From Guillardia theta CCMP2712 (lineage: Eukaryota > Protista > Cryptophyta), in contig NW_005434544.1 of assembly GCF_000315625.1 (NCBI RefSeq), forward strand, positions 136,244 to 184,398: a DNA stretch of 48,155 bases, in the 5' to 3' direction. The notes under the pieces were generated by a model. The model made no database searches. It was not told where the DNA came from and saw only the letters and a list, made by a program, of their open reading frames with translations. Made by a program: the position numbers and the translations under genes. Below are positions 39,869-48,155 of the stretch, in pieces (position 1 is the first letter of the stretch; every line of letters begins with the position of its first letter).

Positions 39869-41841
39869 TCACTTGTTGTCCTTGGAGGAGGAGGAGGAGA
39901 GTAGTGCCTTCTTCCACTCGTTGCTTGTTGGAACTCCGTTCACACCCTCCACAACCAGCGCGAAGTTTGGCTCCGCCTCGACCTCCTTGACCGGAGCCTT
40001 GTGCGATCCACCGTTGATGCCATTAGCGACTGGGTGCACATGGTCCTCCGCACCAGCAGCCTCGTGCTCCTCCTTGTACTTGTCAATCATCTCTCCGTTC
40101 TTCTCCTCCCAGTCCAGCTGTTGCTTGCTCTTCTCTGCCAACTTCACTGTCAACCCCTGCTTGGCCCCGATCGACGGCACGTCAGCTCCGTTTAGCTTGT
40201 CAACTGCTGCATTCGCCTGCTCCGCGTTTGCCAACGTAACGAAGCCGAAGCCTCTGGAGCTCTTCGTCTCGTTGTCTCGCACAACAAAAGCGTCCGTAAC
40301 TCTTCCGTAAGTAGAGAATTCCTCTGCAAGGATCTCCTCAGAGCATCGAAAAGAGAGCCCCCCAACAAAAAGCTGACAGCCACAAGCCACTGCTAGATGC
40401 CTCTTCTCCATTATTTTCTCCCTCTCCTTCTTCTCCTCCTTGTACTGCCGGGAAATCGCGGCTTGTTCTTGCTTCCGCCTCTGCACCACTTGGCGCTCCA
40501 ACTTCTTCTCATACGCAGAAGCGATCTTCTGATACTCTCTGCAGCAGCAAACGATCACAACGACAGACGTCTCACTGCAGATTCTCACCTGTATTCCGCT
40601 AACTTCACCTTGTGCTGGATCGTGGCATCCTTGAGCGTTTGTCGATCAAGCTTCAGCGCTTCGACGAGGAACGATTTCTCTTGGAGGACATCGTTGATCT
40701 TCCCGTTAACATTTCCGCATTCTCCAGCAGAGGAGGGAGCTGCCTTGTCCAGCTGGTTCTGGAGATCCCTCTCTTTCTCCTTGAGCTCATTGATCTCTTC
40801 CAGCTTCTGCTTCCTCCCTTCAAGCAGATCGTCGTGACGCTGAGAGAGTTGGCCCACCGAGTTCTTGCTCTCCATCCATTGCATCACAGCATGCTTCTCT
40901 GTTGCCAGATCCTTCAGGCTCTTGATCATCATTTTCTCAGTCTTGAGATCAGCCTCCCCCTTTTCCAACTTCGTGGTGATCTCATTCATCTCCTCCTCGA
41001 TCACTGAGAGATCTGTTCTAGCAAGTGCATGCATCATGCTCTCTGCTTCAGCCTCCTGACGCAACCGAGAATCAGCATGATTCAAACACATCTCCACCTC
41101 ATCATCTACCTGCGCCTTGGCTGCTTCAGCCGCCTCCTTCGCTTCATCTAACATCGAGTCCTTCTCTGCGGTCAAACTGCGGATTTGAGCTCGAGCATCT
41201 TGCAGTTGTGATCTTAAATTCTTATTCCTCCCATCGCGTTCAGATCGAATCTGTTTCAGACGCTCCACTTCCTGTGTGAGTGCAGCCTGCGGGAATGCTC
41301 AGCACAGTTTCATCAACTCGTGGACGAGAAAGGATTCTAACAACAAAGTGCGCAAGACTACAACAGAGGGTTGAGAGTATGCACAAGAGATGGGCAAGAG
41401 AGATGACAACAAGAATGCGTTCATGCATCAGATGAAATTCAATGGCAGAGCTGGCACCCCTCCGATCAGCTCAGAGATTTTCGAGGCAGAGACTACGCAG
41501 CATGCACGGGAGAGACAACTCACAATCTTCTCTTCCTTCTCCTTGATCCGTCGCTCAACACCCTCCACCTTGGATCGATACTCTTCCTCGTCTGGAGCAG
41601 CGACTGGACTCGGAGCGATGATGTGCTCCGAGGATGAGAGGGCATCCGACACTGCAGGTGACACGGCATGCGACCTCCCCGAGGTTTCAAGGCGCGTGGA
41701 GCCCTTGAGTCCCTTGCTCGAGTTGGAGGAGATCTGACCGCCCGACTTGGAGGAGGAGGAGGAGGGAGCAGAAGAGGACGGGTGGTGCCGAGCTTTGCGT
41801 ACATGCGGAGGAGAAGCAGTGCCGAGGGTAGGGAAGTCCAT
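39869..41841 (-). CDS. Coiled-coil (BFR1/PPI1-like) protein with C-terminal RRM
   Basis: PDEEEYRSKVEGVERRIKE, followed by long heptad-rich exons. RRM RNP2 is LFVGGL and RNP1 is RGFGFVTL. Three exons. Confidence 0.75.
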
Positions 41842-43425
41842 TGCGGCGCACGCACAAGCTAGATTGTGGGGTGGGGGTGGTAAAATTAACAGGGTGGTAG
41901 GCAGCCACCCCCCGGTAGTATTCGAAATTGGAGGGGTGGGGTAAAACACAATAGGGTAGAGGTAGTATATAACACGCAATAGTTATATGAGTCAGGTGGG
42001 TATGCAATGGTAAAAGGAGGGGTCCATGTTTTGATTGTTGTGAAACGTAAGGTGGGGTCATTGATGTATGGGGTCCGGAAAGTAGCGTAGAGGTGGGTAT
42101 TCACCCAAGGCAGTTAGGGAACACTGAGCAGGTAGGGGTCCAAGTAGGTAGGGGTGAGGATGTTAGAAGATAGCCATGGCAGGGGTAGTAAGGAGAACAA
42201 ATAGGGGGTCATCAAGTCATGTGTACCGGTGGTAAGATTTTTCAAGGGGGTAGATGGGATACTGTAACTTCTCATGGGTAGGGTCTGAAAATTTGAAATC
42301 TAGGGGTGGGTGGTTTGGCACCTTATTCAAATTGAGAGACGGCGGGTAGAGGTAGGAAGCGGTTGGGAAGCTGATAGAGGTGGTGGGGTACTAAAATGAG
42401 TTACTAAAATGGGGGTGGGGGTACATTTTGGGATATCGTTTTCTCTTCTGAAATATACTAGTGATGGTGGGTGGTATCTCATGTAAATTAATTTGATGAG
42501 GTTGGGTAGTTTGTATGGGGTGTAGCACCCCACCGGTGTTCGATATTCCACTCAAGTGTTTGGGAAAGGGTGGGGTGGTGAGATGAAAGTGCTGGGTGGT
42601 GGGTGGTACCCGGGGTCTGATCTTGTTGGCTGCCGATGACCTTTTGAAAGAAAAGTCGGCTGTACAGTACCCCTTCAAAATAGTGCTTAAAAAGGGGTAT
42701 CGGTATACTTCGCAGGGGTGGTCCAGTGTTCAGGCGGCAAGGGGGTTCTTTCGTTTGAAAAAAATGCACTAGGGCCATGGGGGCTAGGGGATGGGTAATA
42801 GGGGGTAGGGGTAGGGGGTAGGTATTACATGATTCGGGACTAAGTAACGGATGATAACGTATGTAAGGATCATCTGTAATAATTTGACAAGAGGTTGTAA
42901 ATTCTGATCGGTACCAAAGGGTGGGTACTTTATAGGGAATGTGGGGGTGTAATGCACATATACAGAAACAAGACTAGGAATTAAGGAATTAAGGAATGGA
43001 TCAATTAAGGAATTAAGAAAACAAGATTTCTAGGGGTACGGGTAGTTGAGTAGGTTTTGATCCGGAGGGAGGCTCAGGGGGTGGGGTAGTATCAGAGGCC
43101 ATCGTAGGGAAATGGTTCTAGTCTTGCCGAGATAAGGATGGGTGGGGTAGTAATCCGTAGAAAGGAGGGGTACTTTACAGTCACTGCAAGGGAGAGTGGG
43201 ACCATGGGTGGTTGAATTGGTGGGGTGGTCTTGTAGGAAAGGGTGGGGTAGTCAGTTGGTACATGAGGACGGGAATTTCAAACTTGACGAGGGTGGTTAG
43301 AGGGGAGGAAATGGGGGTAGTACGGCCACTTGTTCAAATGGTAGGGTGGGGGTATTGTGGAGAGGGGTGGGTGTGAGAGGAGGGATCGGGGGGTGCTGGT
43401 GGTTAATTGCGGGCCAACCACTCCA

Positions 43426-47426
<4,001 letters not shown>

Positions 47427-47578
47427 CAGTAGCTGAGGGAGCGAGGGGATGGCCGTGTGCTGTCTTCTTGCACGAGTAAATCTAACCCACCTTGCTCTCC
47501 CTCCCCTCTTTGTTCCTCCCCCCCCCCTCTCGCTATCTCCCTCCTCCCCCCAGCTCCTCTCCAGCTCTCTCCTTCCCG

Positions 47579-47994
47579 CTAGGTGTGGAGCCACGGGAGA
47601 GGAGGAGAGGACGGGGCGGTTGTCTCTCTCCTCAGCTTCTCAGCCACGTGGTAGAGGACGAGGCTCCTACAAGCAGCGTAAGAGGGAGTGGAAGGACGAG
47701 CGAGGGGAGGAGAGCACCTGTCAGGCAGGACGAGGAAGGCCTGGGTTCCTAGCTTCGCTCCTGTTGAGCATGAGTGGGGAAGGAGAAGGAGGGAGGGAAC
47801 CTGTATGGGTGCAGATTGACGTGTCGTCCACCACGATGAAGTCGGACTTGGCGTCGACAAGCTCGTTCTTGACCTGCAGGAGGACAGGACGTGAGGGCAG
47901 GGGAGGAGGGGACAGCAGGAGGAAGGGGAGGGAGTGAGCAGGAGGTAGGGCGCGTTGCCTGCAAGTGCCGCAGCTTCCATAGACTTCGCTCGAT
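47579..47994 (-). CDS. 3' end of a Vps39/Vam6/TGFBRAP1-like protein (Vps39_2 domain); continues beyond the window
   Basis: Spliced IERSLWKLRHLQ|VKNELVDAKSDFIVVDDTSICTHT|GAKLGTQAFLVLPDR|SLVLYHVAEKL resembles the Vps39 C-terminal pattern (L..LQV....V.I.....C....KLG.S.F..P...VVHY). Confidence 0.62.
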
Positions 47995-48155
47995 CTACAG
48001 GACTCCATGAGTCAACCTGTGTTCTCCTCCTCTCCTTCCCCTCCTCCTCCTCCCTCTCTTCTTCCTTTCCTCCTCCTCCCTCTCTTCTTCCTCCCTCCTC
48101 CTCCCTCTCGTCTTCCTCCCGTCCTCTCTCTCCGTCCGTCCTTTCTCCGTCCGTC

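Overview
This is gene-dense, intron-rich eukaryotic nuclear DNA. Most introns are about 40-55 nt, some are expanded by (GGA/CCT)n and other satellites, and there are four N-gaps. The style resembles cryptophyte genomes (Guillardia/Hanusia-like), which is inference only. All gene models were spliced by hand. In order: the 3' half of a CER3/WAX2-type wax/alkane gene (+); a kinetoplastid-like STT3 with an apparent C-terminal ankyrin-like extension (-); a TFIIH p62-like gene (-) head-to-head with a small protein made of a mitochondrial-type presequence plus a stand-alone SRP54/Ffh M-domain (mL105-like, +); a large IQ/coiled-coil/2x cNMP-binding/EF-hand-like protein (-); an unknown membrane protein (-); a signal peptide-PstS-degenerate PstS-5TM protein that is a candidate phosphate receptor (+); CDC40/PRP17 (-); an N-acylated 39-aa-repeat protein (+); Ded1/DDX3 (+); a coiled-coil+RRM protein (-); a TEY MAP kinase (+); and the 3' end of a Vps39/TGFBRAP1-like gene (-). 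Intergenic DNA shows two recurring sequence types: GGGGT/ACCCC-rich tracts upstream of start codons and palindrome-dense GC islands. The best novelty candidates are the PstS-membrane fusion, the mitochondrial M-domain protein, STT3-ankyrin and the GC islands. Most long six-frame ORFs are artefacts of microsatellites or antisense reading.
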